Assembly: GCF_001194135.2 (NCBI RefSeq)
Contig: NC_068990.1
Coordinates: 37,280,771-37,344,770 of the forward strand
Length of the DNA stretch: 64,000 bases
Direction of reading: 5' to 3'
Source of the DNA: Octopus bimaculoides
Lineage: Eukaryota
The notes below the pieces were generated by a model that searched no databases, had not been told where the DNA came from, and was given only the letters and a program-made list of their open reading frames with translations. Both the position numbers and the translations under genes were made by a program. This document shows, one piece after another, positions 40,163-54,435 of the stretch (positions are counted from its first letter, which is position 1; each line of letters opens with the position of its first letter).

Positions 40163-40611
40163 TATGTCAAAATATATTTGTGTGTAAGTATTTATTTATT
40201 TATTCATTCATATACATATATGTATCTATTTTTACTGCGTATTTTTTCTTTAAAAAACGATATTCTTTTCAAATAGAATGTATAACAACATGTATACAAC
40301 ATCGTATAGTTTTCCTACAGTCACTTGCAGATCCATTGAAGCATATATAAAGAACATCATTGTTCAAGTCCTCTCAGTAGGAGTTGAACCCTTACATATT
40401 CAGTTAGTAAAAGTTATTCAAACATTTATATTTGCATTTTATTTAACTGACACTCTATTATAAATCTCATCCACGGAAAACAATTTTAGCAAAAAAAAAA
40501 AAGCAAGGATGTGTCTGTACGTATATGTGAATATAGGATTCATACATATGTATGTGTATATGCACATATATATATGTACATATATATAAATGCATATGTA
40601 TATATATATAT

Positions 40612-40711
40612 NNNNNNNNNNNNNNNNNNNNNNNNNNNNNNNNNNNNNNNNNNNNNNNNNNNNNNNNNNNNNNNNNNNNNNNNNNNNNNNNNNNNNNNNN
40701 NNNNNNNNNNN
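40612..40711. other. Assembly gap (100 N)
   Basis: N run between microsatellites. Confidence 1.
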
Positions 40712-41509
40712 TGTGTGTGTGTACATATCTATATGTATGTATATTATGTATGTGTGTGTATATGTACATCTATATATATTCTTATATTCTTTTATTCATT
40801 TATTTGTGTCAGTCATTTGACTGTGGCCATGCTGGAGCACCGCCTTTAGTCAAACAAATCGACCCCAGGACTTTTTCTTTGTAAGCCTAGTGCTTATTCT
40901 ATCAGTTTCTTTTTCCAAACTGCTAAGTTACTGGCATATAAACATATATATATATATATCGCCATAATTAACTGCTAAATCCACAAGTCTTTTTTTTTAT
41001 TCTTTCTGTTTATTTCCTCATGTTCCTTTCGGTTGAGGAGCGTAGGCTCACCTTCCTGAGTGTCAAACTAATACACCTTCTTGTTGTTTATACACCTGTC
41101 TCTGTCTTTTGCCTTCTGTAAATTTCATATATATATATATACACACACACATACAAAATATGCGTACATACATATGTGGTATCTGTACTAAACTAAAAAA
41201 TTTATAAAACGCTCTTTTGTTCTTCCTTGTATGCTTGTGAAATATGGCTAACCTACCAAAAGCCTCTGAAACACCTCCACTAGCATCATATCTTGGGCCT
41301 ACATTGGAAAATGTTGAGGTCAATGAAAGAAGTCTGTTGGAGTATTGAGCATAGTCTCCGATGAGAAAGTCACTTAATGAGAATGGAGGAATACAGGTAT
41401 CCAAAGTAACTCTTATTTGGTGAGCTGTGGACTGAAGAATCCACCTCATAAACCTAGGATATGGTTTAAAGATTGCATAAAAATATTCTTGAAGAAAGTT
41501 AACGTTGTA

Positions 41510-41694
41510 GGTACAGGAGCGGCTGTGTGGTAAGAAGCTTGCTTCTCAGTTACATGATCCTGGGTTCAGTCCACTGTGTGGCACCTTGGGCAAGTGTCTT
41601 CTACTACAACCTCAGGCTGATCGAGGCATTGTGAGTGAATTTGGTAAACAGAAACTAAAAGAAGCCCATCATATAGATATATATTATGGGAGTG

Positions 41695-41771
<77 letters not shown>

Positions 41772-41885
41772 TGTTTGTGTCCCTCCATCACCATGTGACA
41801 ACCAGTATTGGTGTGTTTTTGTTTGACTAAAACCCTTCTAGGTGACGCTTCAGTATGGCTGCTGTCAAATGACTGAAACAAGTGA
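41510..41885 (+). mobile_element. Family B SINE
   Basis: Head gagcggctgtgtggtaagaagcttg, internal (TG)n, tail aaatgactgaaacaagt. Confidence 0.8.
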
Positions 41886-42349
41886 AGGAATAAAAGAGTC
41901 TTTGGAAAGAACCAGAAAGAACCTTTAACTGCTTGGGCAAGATGTAGAAAAGCAATCTTTGATAGAAGTGAGAACTTCAAAATAGCTAAAAAAAAAATCA
42001 CAAAAATGTTGAAGAGGGATGCTAGAAAGGGGGTGATATTTTCTGGAAATGTGGGTGACTGAGTGAGTTGATATGTGATAAGTTAGTGAGGGTGTGCTTC
42101 TGCAGAGCAGGACTGTAAGATTCAGGGAAGAAGTCATGTACAAGAAGCTGACTTGGATTGCACGATACACATCATAACTTGACATGAATGCAGCTAGGTT
42201 TACCTAACAGCTGGGGGCTTGAACCAACACATGAAAGTGCAGGATGAACAGCAAGTTGCTCATATTTTCATTAAAGGTGTGAAATTGTTGAAGGTTTTAG
42301 TGACTTTTTATGCATGTATTTTCTGTTTGTTTATACTTCTATATAGTTT

Positions 42350-44705
42350 TTGAACATATTTATATAAGTTGTAAGAAAGAATACAGAGAAGTTGCTGTTG
42401 GGAAAGCACAAACCCAACATTGCATTCTTCATGGTTGACGGAAAATGAAACACAAGAACATCTAAAATCCTCTGTTACAACTCTGGCTGCCACTGTTGTG
42501 GAATGCAAGACAACATGTGCTTCACACATAGACAAGAATTATGAGAGGTATAGTTAGTGAGCGAGGTAGAGGGAAGGAGAATGAAAAGAAGGGAAGTAGT
42601 CAAGGGTTCAAAGTGAGGTAGAGGGAAAAGCTGAGGAAATAGTGAAGTTGGAGGATACGAAATGGCTTCCAGAAGGGAATAGAGTATAAAGGGAAATGTT
42701 TGTTTAAAGCTGTCAATGACATGACTTCAAGCTCAAGCATGAACTGTACATTCTGTTTCTTTGAGTATGCAGATTCATGGTGCACTGAGAAGATGCACAC
42801 AGCTAAGTGAGTAATGCAATGTCCTGTACATATGGGAAATGACAGGTTGGCCAAATAAATGTAACATTGAGCTTTTGAATGTGCTCCCAAAAGCAATTGA
42901 CAAGATGGTGACCAGTTTTTCCAACACAGAGAGCACTGCACTGTTTGAAGACAATACAATATATAAGTTATCTGTGTATCTTACTTCATACAAATTTCAT
43001 TCAAAAACATAGGATTTAATATTATGTAGTGTTCCTATTTTTAGCCTGCACATTAACAAAATTAATATGAAATGGCTACAATTGTAAAGTCTCACAACTG
43101 GGTATGGATATGGCATTCTAGAAGTTTATCTGTATTCTATTGTTTCTTGCATTATCACATATTTCTTTTCCATTGCTGTCAGTTAAGGATTCCTCAAAAC
43201 TAAAATAAAGTGCCAGACAGCAAGACAAAAACAGATAATATGGCAAATATAGTGGAGTCTTGTATTGTAACAAGAACTCCAGCAGCTGTCTTTGAGATCA
43301 AAGAATAGTGAGAAAGGAAATATCTCTTAAAAATAAGGATAGATTTAATACATTTTTATCACAATTGGTGCCATTTCTATTACTGTGGGGGTTTCAACAT
43401 GCAGAATACTCTATGCAAATGTCGAGTGAGATAAAGAGAGAGTTTTAGGATAATTTTATTGAAATTAGGGCACCGGTATTTCAGTACATTGGTGATTACA
43501 CATCATCAAATTTTTCTTTCTGTTACTACTGATTGCACATAGAAAATGAAATTTAAATATCTTCACTCCTGTTAATGAACTCAAAGAAGAATATTAATAA
43601 ATGTTTGCTATATCCTGTCTTTTTTACAGTCGCTGTGTGTATAGGTGAATATGTTAGGTGTCCATATTTTCAAAGATGACACGACATTATCAGATTGTTA
43701 TTAGGCTGATATTTCTAGCATGTCTAATATCTTCATAAAGGTCGCTTCATTACTTTCTATGGAAGGTTAATAGTGGTAATTTAAACCATCTTGAGTTTCA
43801 AAATAGCTAAAAAAAATTGACTAGTATTAGTAAAAGAAGAAATGAGTCAAATTTTACAAGACCATACATTTAAACTTTTTTTAAGAAATATTTCTTGATT
43901 ATAAAAGCTGCTATGAAGTAGATATATATTTGACAATTGGACAATTGATGTTTCAATCTGGTTGTGTCATAAGTATAATCACATCTGGTATATATCAGTT
44001 CACTCAGAGATTGTTCATATATATATATATATATATATATAGATATATATATAGATATATATATATACATATATATATACATATATATATACATATATAT
44101 ATATACATATATATGGTGTAATGGGAAAATTGTCACCATTTTACACTTTTGATTTCGCACATACCATTGTTTGTTTTTGATTCTGTTGACTACACAGAAT
44201 AGTAGAGTCAGTAGAGTAGGGCTATCTGTGGGAAAAGCAGCACCATGACGCAATTCATTCTGGCAGAAATTTGAAAATGACACGCTGTACTGCTTGGCAT
44301 TCATGCTGGAAACTCCAGTACAAATAGATGGTGAACACATAGAACAACCGTTGCCTTGCTGTGTCCCCAAAACATGTACTGAGAACAATAAAAATGTTTA
44401 TCTTAGGAATTTAGTAAAAATGGGTGTTAGCTATTTTATACATGAAAAGTTCAATACCTAACTAAAAATCTAGCAAGGTTTATATCAGTCAATGGTTAAT
44501 ATAACTCTCAGTTTTTCTGTCCAGAATGGGAGACAACTTTAGACATATTTCTAACTTATTCTGACGTCTTATATGAAAAATAATATTGAATATACCTACT
44601 AAAGCAGTGATGAATGAATCTGAAGGATTTATTGACATAGGAAAATAAAACTGTTTAGAAATTACATATTTCAGACATGCCTTATGCATAGGGAAACAAT
44701 CAGTA
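42350..44705 (+). pseudogene. Possible decayed coding sequence (gene or transposon ORF)
   Basis: Several protein-like plus-strand frames broken by isolated stops or frameshifts (see findings). No family recognised. Confidence 0.25.
44165..44378 (-). CDS. Candidate 214-nt exon (HVLGTQQG...RIKNKQW)
   Basis: Strong acceptor tttttattgttctcag and donor ATG|gtatgt with one open frame. It may instead be the in-register antisense of a decayed plus-strand frame. Confidence 0.28.
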
Positions 44706-46218
44706 AGATAGTGTTGAATTATATAATTCGGGGAATATTAAAAATTTAGCTGGAAATAATAATGTGATGATATAGGTTGGTAGGTTGGTCTAGGTAGATA
44801 GGTATGTATGTATGTAGGTAGGTAGGTAGTTATGCAGGTAGAAAAATAGTTAGATTTTTAGGTAAATAAGTAGACCCATAGATAAAGACATTAACTAGAC
44901 AGATAAGTATTTAGAAAAATGGATAGATAGGTAAATAGACAGGTAGATAGATAGAAAGACAGACAGATAGATATATACATACATAGATCGGAAGATAGAC
45001 AGACAGGTAGATAGATGGGTAGGTTGATGGTTACTTAGGCATATTGGTAGGTAGCACACAAGCAAGTTGATATTAACATCATAACATCTTTAACATACAA
45101 AACATTAATAATTAATAAATGATATTATTTTTGTGTTTTCGCTGAATATAGGAAACAACTCAAGTCATGTTTTGGACTTATTTTCACCTCTTCAGCAAAA
45201 CAAACCAAAGAAAAAAAGAAAACTTTAGCTGAAATTGTGATGAACAAAATAGTAAGTTAATGTATGATATTTCATACTGAACTCATAAAAACTCAAGAAT
45301 TATATTTGTGGTCAGTATTAGCAAGTGTAAAATCAATAAGTAACAAGTATGGAAAAATATTAGTGTACCAAACGGAAATGAAACATGTATTAGCAACATT
45401 TCTAGAAGATTCTATGATGAAAGGCTTTAGCTGAAATATTGGATCTGTCTTCTTACGTCAGAGAAACAAACTTTTATAGATTTTGATTTCTTTCATTTTC
45501 TTTTCTTTATATATTTATTTATTTATATATCTATTATATATTTTTTTCTTTTTTTATTACTAAAGGTTTCATATTTTCATCTCAGAGATTTAATCCTAAA
45601 ACTTCGATTTCTTGTATTCTATGTTTTGTATTTATTTTTATTTTAACTATTAGTTTTATTCATATATTGCTGTTGTTAACATTATAACTGATAAATTGTT
45701 ATTATTATTATGATTATTATTATTATTATTATAATCATCATCATCATCATCATCATCATTATATTAACATTGTTGTTCTCATTTTTTTTATCATTAGTTT
45801 TATTTTAATTTTATTATTTTTACGGTTTCATCCAAATAATAATAACAATGATAAATAAATTTAATAAAATAGTATAAAATAAAATAAAATAAAGCTGTTG
45901 CAGATTGTAAGTTTTAGGAATAAATGACCTTAAGGAATCTCAGAATATTTTGCAAAATCTTCACTGGAATACGGTATAATCTACTTAAGAAAGATGAAAT
46001 AAAAAGAAGAAAATGAAGTGCAATAATGAAGAAGAAACACCCAAAAATACAAAAAAAAAAAGGAAAATATGAGAAAAAATACAAACGAGCAAAATATCTA
46101 TGTAAATCAAATATAGAATTAATTCTACCTTTTCTGTTGTTAATAAAGTAAAGAATTGCTTCCTTAAAGATAATTTTGCAGTTTTCGTCTTTTTATTTAT
46201 ATTTTTCTGCTGAAGTGT

Positions 46219-46285
<67 letters not shown>

Positions 46286-46415
46286 GTGTGTGTATGTATA
46301 TTTCAGATCTGGAAAAAATTAATAAAAAGTAAAGCTACCCCACCTTCCAAAACAAAGGCAAAAAGAAAAAAAAATTGAGATTATAAGCAGAAAGAGAAAT
46401 AATTACAAACTATAC

Positions 46416-46462
<47 letters not shown>

Positions 46463-46629
46463 NNNNNNNNNNNNNNNNNNNNNNNNNNNNNNNNNNNNNN
46501 NNNNNNNNNNNNNNNNNNNNNNNNNNNNNNNNNNNNNNNNNNNNNNNNNNNNNNNNNNNNNNNNNNNNNNNNNNNNNNNNNNNNNNNNNNNNNNNNNNNN
46601 NNNNNNNNNNNNNNNNNNNNNNNNNNNNN
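46463..46629. other. Assembly gap (167 N)
   Basis: N run flanked by (TA)n. Confidence 1.
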
Positions 46630-46708
<79 letters not shown>

Positions 46709-47495
46709 AAAATATACATATATATATATATATTCATATCTGCATGTGCAAAAACCTACACAAACGCACACATACAAACATACACGGATACAAGCATTTA
46801 TCTTTCTTTCCTGCAAAAGAATGTATACAAACTAAAACGTGAGTGTAACGGATAATAAATATTTATACTGAAAGAATATTAAGCTATTTTGAGGGGTTTG
46901 TTGGGCTGCAGTATAAGTTGATTGTGATAGGTTTAAGTGATTGGATGCTTCTAGAACATGTGACAAGGATAAATGAATCAATGGTAACTATATGTGTATT
47001 TGTAAAATGATTTCTTAAATCGGCATACTTCTCAGATGATCTCACAATCCCTTTAACTATCTAACTATGATTCAATTCACCTATCAAAATCAATCTATAT
47101 TTCTATCTATCTGTTTATCTATCTATCTATCTGTCTGTCTGTCTATCTATCTAGCTAGCTACCTATTGATTGATACACACATACATATACAGGTATATAC
47201 ATAAATAGATACATATACATACATATATGCACATGCACAAACAGATATATATATATACATATATACACACACACTTATCAGTTATTTAGTGGTCATCTTG
47301 CAAATAACAATTCAAGAAAACTATCGTATCTCTCTTTCTCCCTCTAGTTTGTCAGCCATCTATCTATCATTGTGCCTCTATTTCTTTCGATCTGTCTATC
47401 TATATATATGTTTACTTATCTACCTCATCATATGCCTAGTTATCTATATTTCTGCATTTGCACACACACACACACACATAGATATTCTCACATGA

Positions 47496-47552
<57 letters not shown>

Positions 47553-47686
47553 CACACATAGTTACATGCTTATACATATGCATACACACATATACCTAAA
47601 TACACAAAAGCCCTACACACCCTATACCCATACACACATATATAGATCTCTGTCTCTCTGTGTCTCTATATGTCTGTCTCTCTCTC

Positions 47687-47732
<46 letters not shown>

Positions 47733-48180
47733 ATGCATATCTACATATATGCATCTATTTGTATTTATGTATGTATATAAATATTTCTTCATATATGCAT
47801 AAATCAGGGCCAGGCCTAGCATTCTTGTAGAACGCTCAAGTTGAATTCTAGTGCAGTTTCTAAAATTTTTCACACGGACTAAAACCTAGAAATATAGGTA
47901 TAAAGTGTTTATTTTATTTGTTTTCAGGTTCTTGAATTTATTTTAACTAACACATGACAGAGCCCCAAGCAAATGATGCTCCAGTTGCTTATGCTTTCAG
48001 GCAGCCCCACTATCAACATGTATATATATGTGTATATGTGCATTCATATTTTTAAACTTACATATATATCTCAAGACAAAACAATTCTACTGTATGTTGA
48101 AGGTATTGATAAATTTCATCTGTTCAATAATGAGCATTCAGTTGTTCACTTAATGGGATAATCTACTCCTGGATTACATC

Positions 48181-48290
48181 TCTCTCTCTCTCTCTTAACT
48201 CTCTACTTCTCTCTCTCTCTTAACTCTCTACTTCTCTCTCTTTCTTAACTCTCTACTTCTCTCTCTCTTAACTCTCTACTTCTCTCTCTC
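48181..48290. repeat. Four-copy ~25-bp minisatellite (ttaactctctactt plus (CT)n)
   Basis: Core at 48195, 48220, 48245 and 48268. Confidence 0.9.
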
Positions 48291-49194
48291 ACTCTCAGTC
48301 TCTATCTATCTATTTATCTATGTATACAGAGAGAGAGAGAGAGAGAGATGGAGGGAGAGAGAGAATTAAACAAAACATTGGAGACTGTTTAAGACATTTA
48401 GTTATGTCATCTTACGTATATTTCATTAACAAAAATATGATCAATTGTTATGTAAATTACAAAATCAAGTCTTCAGAGATTTGTAAATTTCATATGTAAT
48501 ATCAATGGATTGTTGAATTGTTGACAGAAGTAACCATCATAGAGAGACATCATCTATTACATAGACAGGTTGTACATCTCTGAAGATTTACAATATGATT
48601 TAATATAATTAACATCGTGTGCCTAATAATATTTTTTAGTTCATGAAATGTGCATAGGATGATGTAACTAAATATCTTATAAATAATCCGTTGTGTTTTG
48701 TATTATTTTCTTCATGCCCTTTGACATATGAAAACCTAAGATTCATAGTAAATGATACACAAAAAATAACACAAATGGGAATAAGCATGAAGTTATAAAT
48801 AGTGGTTATTTGTCATGCAATGGATGTATATTTGTGCACATATGTGTGTATGCTTATGTGTGCATGTACATTTCATTAGATTTTATGTTTCGAAATTGAC
48901 AGATTTACAAATGAATATTTACAAATACATCTTCAAATAAATACACACACACACAAACAAACACAAACACACATGTACACAATCACTCACACAAAATGCA
49001 AGCTTATGAGTGGTTTCCGTGCTTTAAGAATGGTCATTTGTCACTTGTAAACAAACCTCATTCAGGATGGTTGTCGACTTCCCAAGATAGAGAATGCTTT
49101 GAAAGCGATAAAAGTGTAAACATGTAAAACTAAGTGAATACAATAATATTGCAAGATTCTGGTTTCTTTTTGTTGCACCCTCATATATACATAT

Positions 49195-49640
49195 ATCATC
49201 ATCATCATTTAACGACCGTTGTTCATACTGGCATGGATTAGACGGTTTGACTGGGCTGGTACACTGGAAGGCTACACCAGACTCCAGTCTGATTTTGCAT
49301 GGTTTTCTATGGCTGGATGCTCTTTCTAACACCAACCACTCAGAGTGTAATGGGTGCTTTTACATACCACTGGCATGGGTGCTATTTGTTATTTGTGTGA
49401 CACTGGTATCTTCCACGACTGTGATTTTGCTGGCTTGATAGGGCTTCTCAAGCACAACATAATGTCAAAGATCTTGGTCAGTGCTTCTGTGAGGCCCAAC
49501 ACTTAAAAGGAACTCAACCACTTTGCCTCCATAGAGCCCAAGATCAAAAGGAACTCAACCACTTCTATGACACCCAATGTTCAAAAAGGACTCAGTCACT
49601 ATGCCTCGATGAAACTCATCATTCAAAGATTGATTTTCTT
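49195..49640 (-). mobile_element. Family A retroelement 3' end, diverged
   Basis: catcatcatttaacgacc...aaccactcagagtgtaatgggtgctttt, followed by degenerate short tandem units. Confidence 0.75.
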
Positions 49641-50104
49641 ATGTGCCACCAGCACAGGTGCACTTGACTGGTCCTCTTAAGTAGAGCACATTGCTAAAGG
49701 TTTCGGTCACTAGTCATTGCTTCTGTGAGGTTCAAAGTTCATGTATATATTCTTATACTTGGGGATGGTCATACTTTGTGTGCATACATACATATATGTG
49801 TGTACGTGTGTGTGTATGTGAGTGTGTAACTATATATGTGTGGAGGTGTGTGGCTTAGTGGTTAGTGTGTTGGACTCGTATTCATAAGATTGTAATTTCA
49901 ATTTCTGGACTGGGCAATATGTTGTGTTCTTGAACAAAATACTTTATTTCACATTGTTCCAGTATAACTTTACATACACACAAGTATGCATAGAATAGGT
50001 TTAGCCATGTCCGTGAGGTTAAGAATTTTGCTTAGATTTTGGGTTTAGTTCTAGTGTGTGTGTGTGGTATCTTGAACAAGTTCTTCATCTACCAAGATCT
50101 AGGT

Positions 50105-50377
50105 CAGGACTGGCCAACCTTAGTCCCATGGGCTGCATGTGGCCCACAGACTTTTATCTTGTGGCCTACTTGATACTTTCTTGAAGTATTGTTTTTTAAT
50201 TTCAAAATAAAACTGTTTGTGTAAAACATTCATTTCAAAATAAATTAAAAATTTATAAGTGGTAATAAAGTGTTTGTGTGTGTTTACAAATGATTAATGC
50301 ATAAAGTATACAAGCGGCCATCAAAAAAACTTTGTGATTAAAGCAGCCTGTAACGTAATTCGAGTTGGCCAGGCCTG
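50105..50377. mobile_element. hAT (Charlie-like) MITE, 273 bp
   Basis: TIRs caggactggccaac / gttggccaggcctg (13 of 14 match). 8-bp target duplication atctaggt (50097-50104) / ctctaggt (50378-50385). Interrupts a SINE copy. Confidence 0.85.
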
Positions 50378-51728
50378 CTCTAGGTTGACCAAAGCTTTTT
50401 GAGAGTTTTGGGTGATAGAAAATGAATGAAGCTCATTGTATACAAGCAAACACATGCTCATTCACAAACACAAACATAAATGTATGCATGTGTGTGTGTG
50501 TGTGTGAGTGTGTGTGTGTGTGTGTGCGTGTGGTGTGTTCATGTCTTGTGAGATTGTGTACTGGTTGTAAACAAATGTCACTATCATAAAAGAAGTGTCA
50601 ATCATTTGCAATCATCTATAAACTCATATTTGGCCCTTGGAGAAATATGTCTTAGTACATAACAAGAAGTGGAGGCACATGGCTTAGTGGTTTGGATGCT
50701 GAACTAATATTCATAAGGTTGTGGTTTCGATTCCTGGACTGGGTCATGTGTTATATTTTTGAGCAAAACACTTCATCTCACATTGTTCCAGTCCACTTAG
50801 CTGGCAAAAATGAGTAGTCCTGTGACGGACTGGTGTCCATCCAGCTGGGGAATATATATGCCATGAAACCGGGAATCTGACCGTTATGAGTCGGTAAGAC
50901 TCAAGAACATAACTTCACTTTTACTTTACATAAGAAGGGCATACAGCCTCGGAAAATCTTCCCTAGTGAAGTTTGTCTTATCTATACAAGTATTCACACA
51001 TACACACATAATACACACACACATATGCATGCATGCATGTACATTCTCGTACATGCATATATGCACACTTGCATGTGAATAACCCAAACTTATATAAACA
51101 AACAAAAGATTGAAGACTGTCAGTGGAACAAAATGTAATCTAAATACAATACAATGCAAATATAATATATTAGAAATATAAATATAATATATTACAAATA
51201 TAATATACTACAATATAAATGCTATAGTTTTAAGCTTTGTTCTCTTATGCATTTTCTACTTCCTCTATTCTATTCCACATTATATTTTGTTTCATCTTAT
51301 TTTATTTTATGTTATATATTTTTTCCATATGCTCATCTTTTATAAGAATCCTGAATGTTACATGTTTAAAATATTAGTTAGAATTTAGCTATATCTTTTT
51401 GTTGTTTTACTACAATATTTTTCCGCCACCACCACCACCACCACAACTACTCACTAAATACAAAGGAAAACAAAATAAACCTTCCACCCATCATCGACGC
51501 ACCCCCCCCTCCCTTGCTCATCTAGCAGTACAACAAACTATTCTTTGAAAATGCTTCTCTAAACACATAAATGAAATATGATTTGATAAACGACAAAAAT
51601 CTTCCTCCAGATCAAAATCCTCCAAAATATCCGGTGCTTGTCAATCCAAGATAATATATTCAGATTTATTATTTCACATTTTTCTGATCAGTAAATATTA
51701 CACATAGCTACATGCATATAGACACCCT

Positions 51729-51766
<38 letters not shown>

Positions 51767-51857
51767 TATATATATATTCATGTATAGCAATACATATATA
51801 TATATATATATATACACATAAATATAATACATACACACATATATATATGTATGGGTT

Positions 51858-51914
<57 letters not shown>

Positions 51915-52119
51915 TTGCTGCATGTTTATATATGTGTGTATATATGTATCTGTGTGTGTGTGACTGTAATTTGACTACCAACAGGAATCAAAGTCTTAGA
52001 GATATAAAGAGGAGTGGTATTTTTGTTTTGTTTGTCATATCTGCTTTATTTTTGATTTCACAATATGGCTTAATTTTATTTCTAACTACTTTTTTTATCA
52101 ATTTGTTGTTGTTGCCGAT

Positions 52120-52142
52120 CTCATCATCATAATCATCATCAA

Positions 52143-52174
<32 letters not shown>

Positions 52175-52740
52175 GCAGCAGTAGTAGTAGTAGTAGTTGT
52201 AGTAGTATTTTCGAGATTGTTTTAACATTTTGTATGGTTTATTTTTTTCTTTTGTTTTAATTCTTCCTTGTTCCTGTTCTGTTTTTATTCACCTTTTCCC
52301 CCCACCTCCTCCGCCTTCGCCTCTTCCTTCCCATTCTCCTCCTCCTCTTTTTCATTCTCCTCCACTTTGTTACTTTGATAAAGTCATTTTCTCTCCTCAC
52401 TTTTCCTTTATTATTTTACAAAAATGATGATGATAATCATCATTATTCTCTTGATCAGCATCCTCATCGATACCATCATCAATATCACTGTCTTTAATAC
52501 TACTACTATCACATCTACAAATGTGATCATTGTTTTTGTAGTCATCATCATCACCATCCCTTTCTTCTCATCCTCCTCATCTTCATCATCATCTTCACCA
52601 CAATCAGCATCACCACTGTCACCACCACTACCACCATCATCACCACCACAATCACCCCCACCGCTGTTGCATCTATCACTGCTACAGCCACTACCACAAC
52701 AACAACAACCACTCCTACCCTACCAACTACATTTGGCACA
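52120..52740. repeat. Cryptic (ATT)/(AGT)/(CAT)/(CAC)/(CCT) trinucleotide field
   Basis: Degenerate trinucleotide runs. Confidence 0.8.
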
Positions 52741-53982
52741 AAGTATTTTAGAAACAAATCTTTAGATTATTCCAAGAAATTCTCTTACCAAAATATTTCT
52801 ATTTACTGCATGGTTTTGTTTTTATTTGTAAGCATTTTTATTTGGATGTGTGAATGCCTCTGAGTGAGTGTGCGTGTGTAAATGTGTGTGTTTACGTGTC
52901 AGTGTGTGAGTGCCTACGTCAGTGTGTATGTATGTGCATGTGTATATGAAAAAGAGAAAAAGAAGCAGAGAGTGGTGAGACAGACAGAGAGAAGAGACAT
53001 AGAGAAACAAAGAAAATGAGAGACAGGCAGATAAACAGGCTGATAAAGAGGAAGTCATTTAGTTATTTGTAGAATTAGTCAATTATTTATTGTATTAGTC
53101 ATGAGTAGTTATAGAACAAGAGGTAATCTTGCTGCACAAGAGGTAATCTTACTGCACATGACAGGGTTTCAGTTCCTAATTGTAACTGTTTCATTTAAGT
53201 CATATATACTTAATGTCATGTCTATCATGAATTTACATTTTGTCCAACCTTCCTTTCTACATGTACAAGGGGTTTCTCTCTCCATTATGATATAAACAAT
53301 TATTAAATTAATAATTTGAGTCTTAATAATTGTTTTATTTCTTTGATTTTTCTTTGAGATGAGTACCACAGTTTTGTAGGATTCAACGATGTACATACTT
53401 GAAATATGATACACAGAATGCTATTTTGAACTAATACTGCTTTTGTTACTTGTCACTCATAACAAATGTGTGTGTGTGTGTGTGTGTGCGTGCATGCATG
53501 CATGGGTGTGTAGCAGGAATGTTTGCAGAGTTCCAAACACCAATTGACTGTCCAGGAACTGAACCCAAAGATGTCAGAGTAATTGTAAACGGCAAAATAG
53601 GATCTTGCCAAGGTTTGATTTCATAAGCAAAGGTCCCTGATAAAGACACATTAAACACTCATTTTAAATAATATCTGGGCTGACTGTTTGACACACAATA
53701 GACCAAATACATTTCAAACGCTAACAAAAATTATTAGGGCTTATAATGTATTGGAATGCCATTAACTATTTTGTCTCTAGCATGTTTTCTTAGACAAACC
53801 ATTGGGAACTGTTGTGTCTGGGGAGAGTCATTTTCTTATTGTGCCTTAAAATTTAACACACTCACCGTTAAAATTTCCACTTATTTCTTATTTTTATTTT
53901 CCTAAAATTTTTGTTGCATCTTGCAACCTTTTCAACACACGAAATCACATAAAAAATCTTGCAAACCAAATCCAAAAACGAA

Positions 53983-54015
<33 letters not shown>

Positions 54016-54435
54016 GGAAGTTAGTTTGGTAACTGACCAATGGTTAAAATACACTTAAAGTCAACTGTTGTAGGAATTTACGCCACTCCCTTGGATACAG
54101 ATTTCAATGACTACTATATTCCACTATTATTGCTAACTCATTCATCACACGTGGACACACATGAACTGACTCACTAGATATACGTATCTCTTTTCTGTCT
54201 TTGTCATTATGCCAACATTTTTTTCTTTTTGTGTTAATGATTAATAAATACTTATATGTTTTTGAGCTTGCAGAATTTCGTTCTTCTATCACCCACCCAA
54301 TTATTTTTTTATTTTACAAACACACAAATATACCTACCGGCTTATATACATCTATATATGTTTATGCATATATATATATGTATGTATATCAATATCAATA
54401 TCTATCTATATATATATGTTGCGTAATTGGCTCCC

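Noticed and set aside
37480-40410. Plus-strand exon chain (37490, 37590, 39553, 40320) downstream of the MASITR start
   Set aside because: Phases do not join to the phase-1 donor at 35079 without a stop or an unseen exon, and no homology was recognised.
44246-44248. Selenocysteine reading of the in-frame TGA
   Set aside because: No SECIS-like hairpin was recognised downstream and there is no redox motif context.
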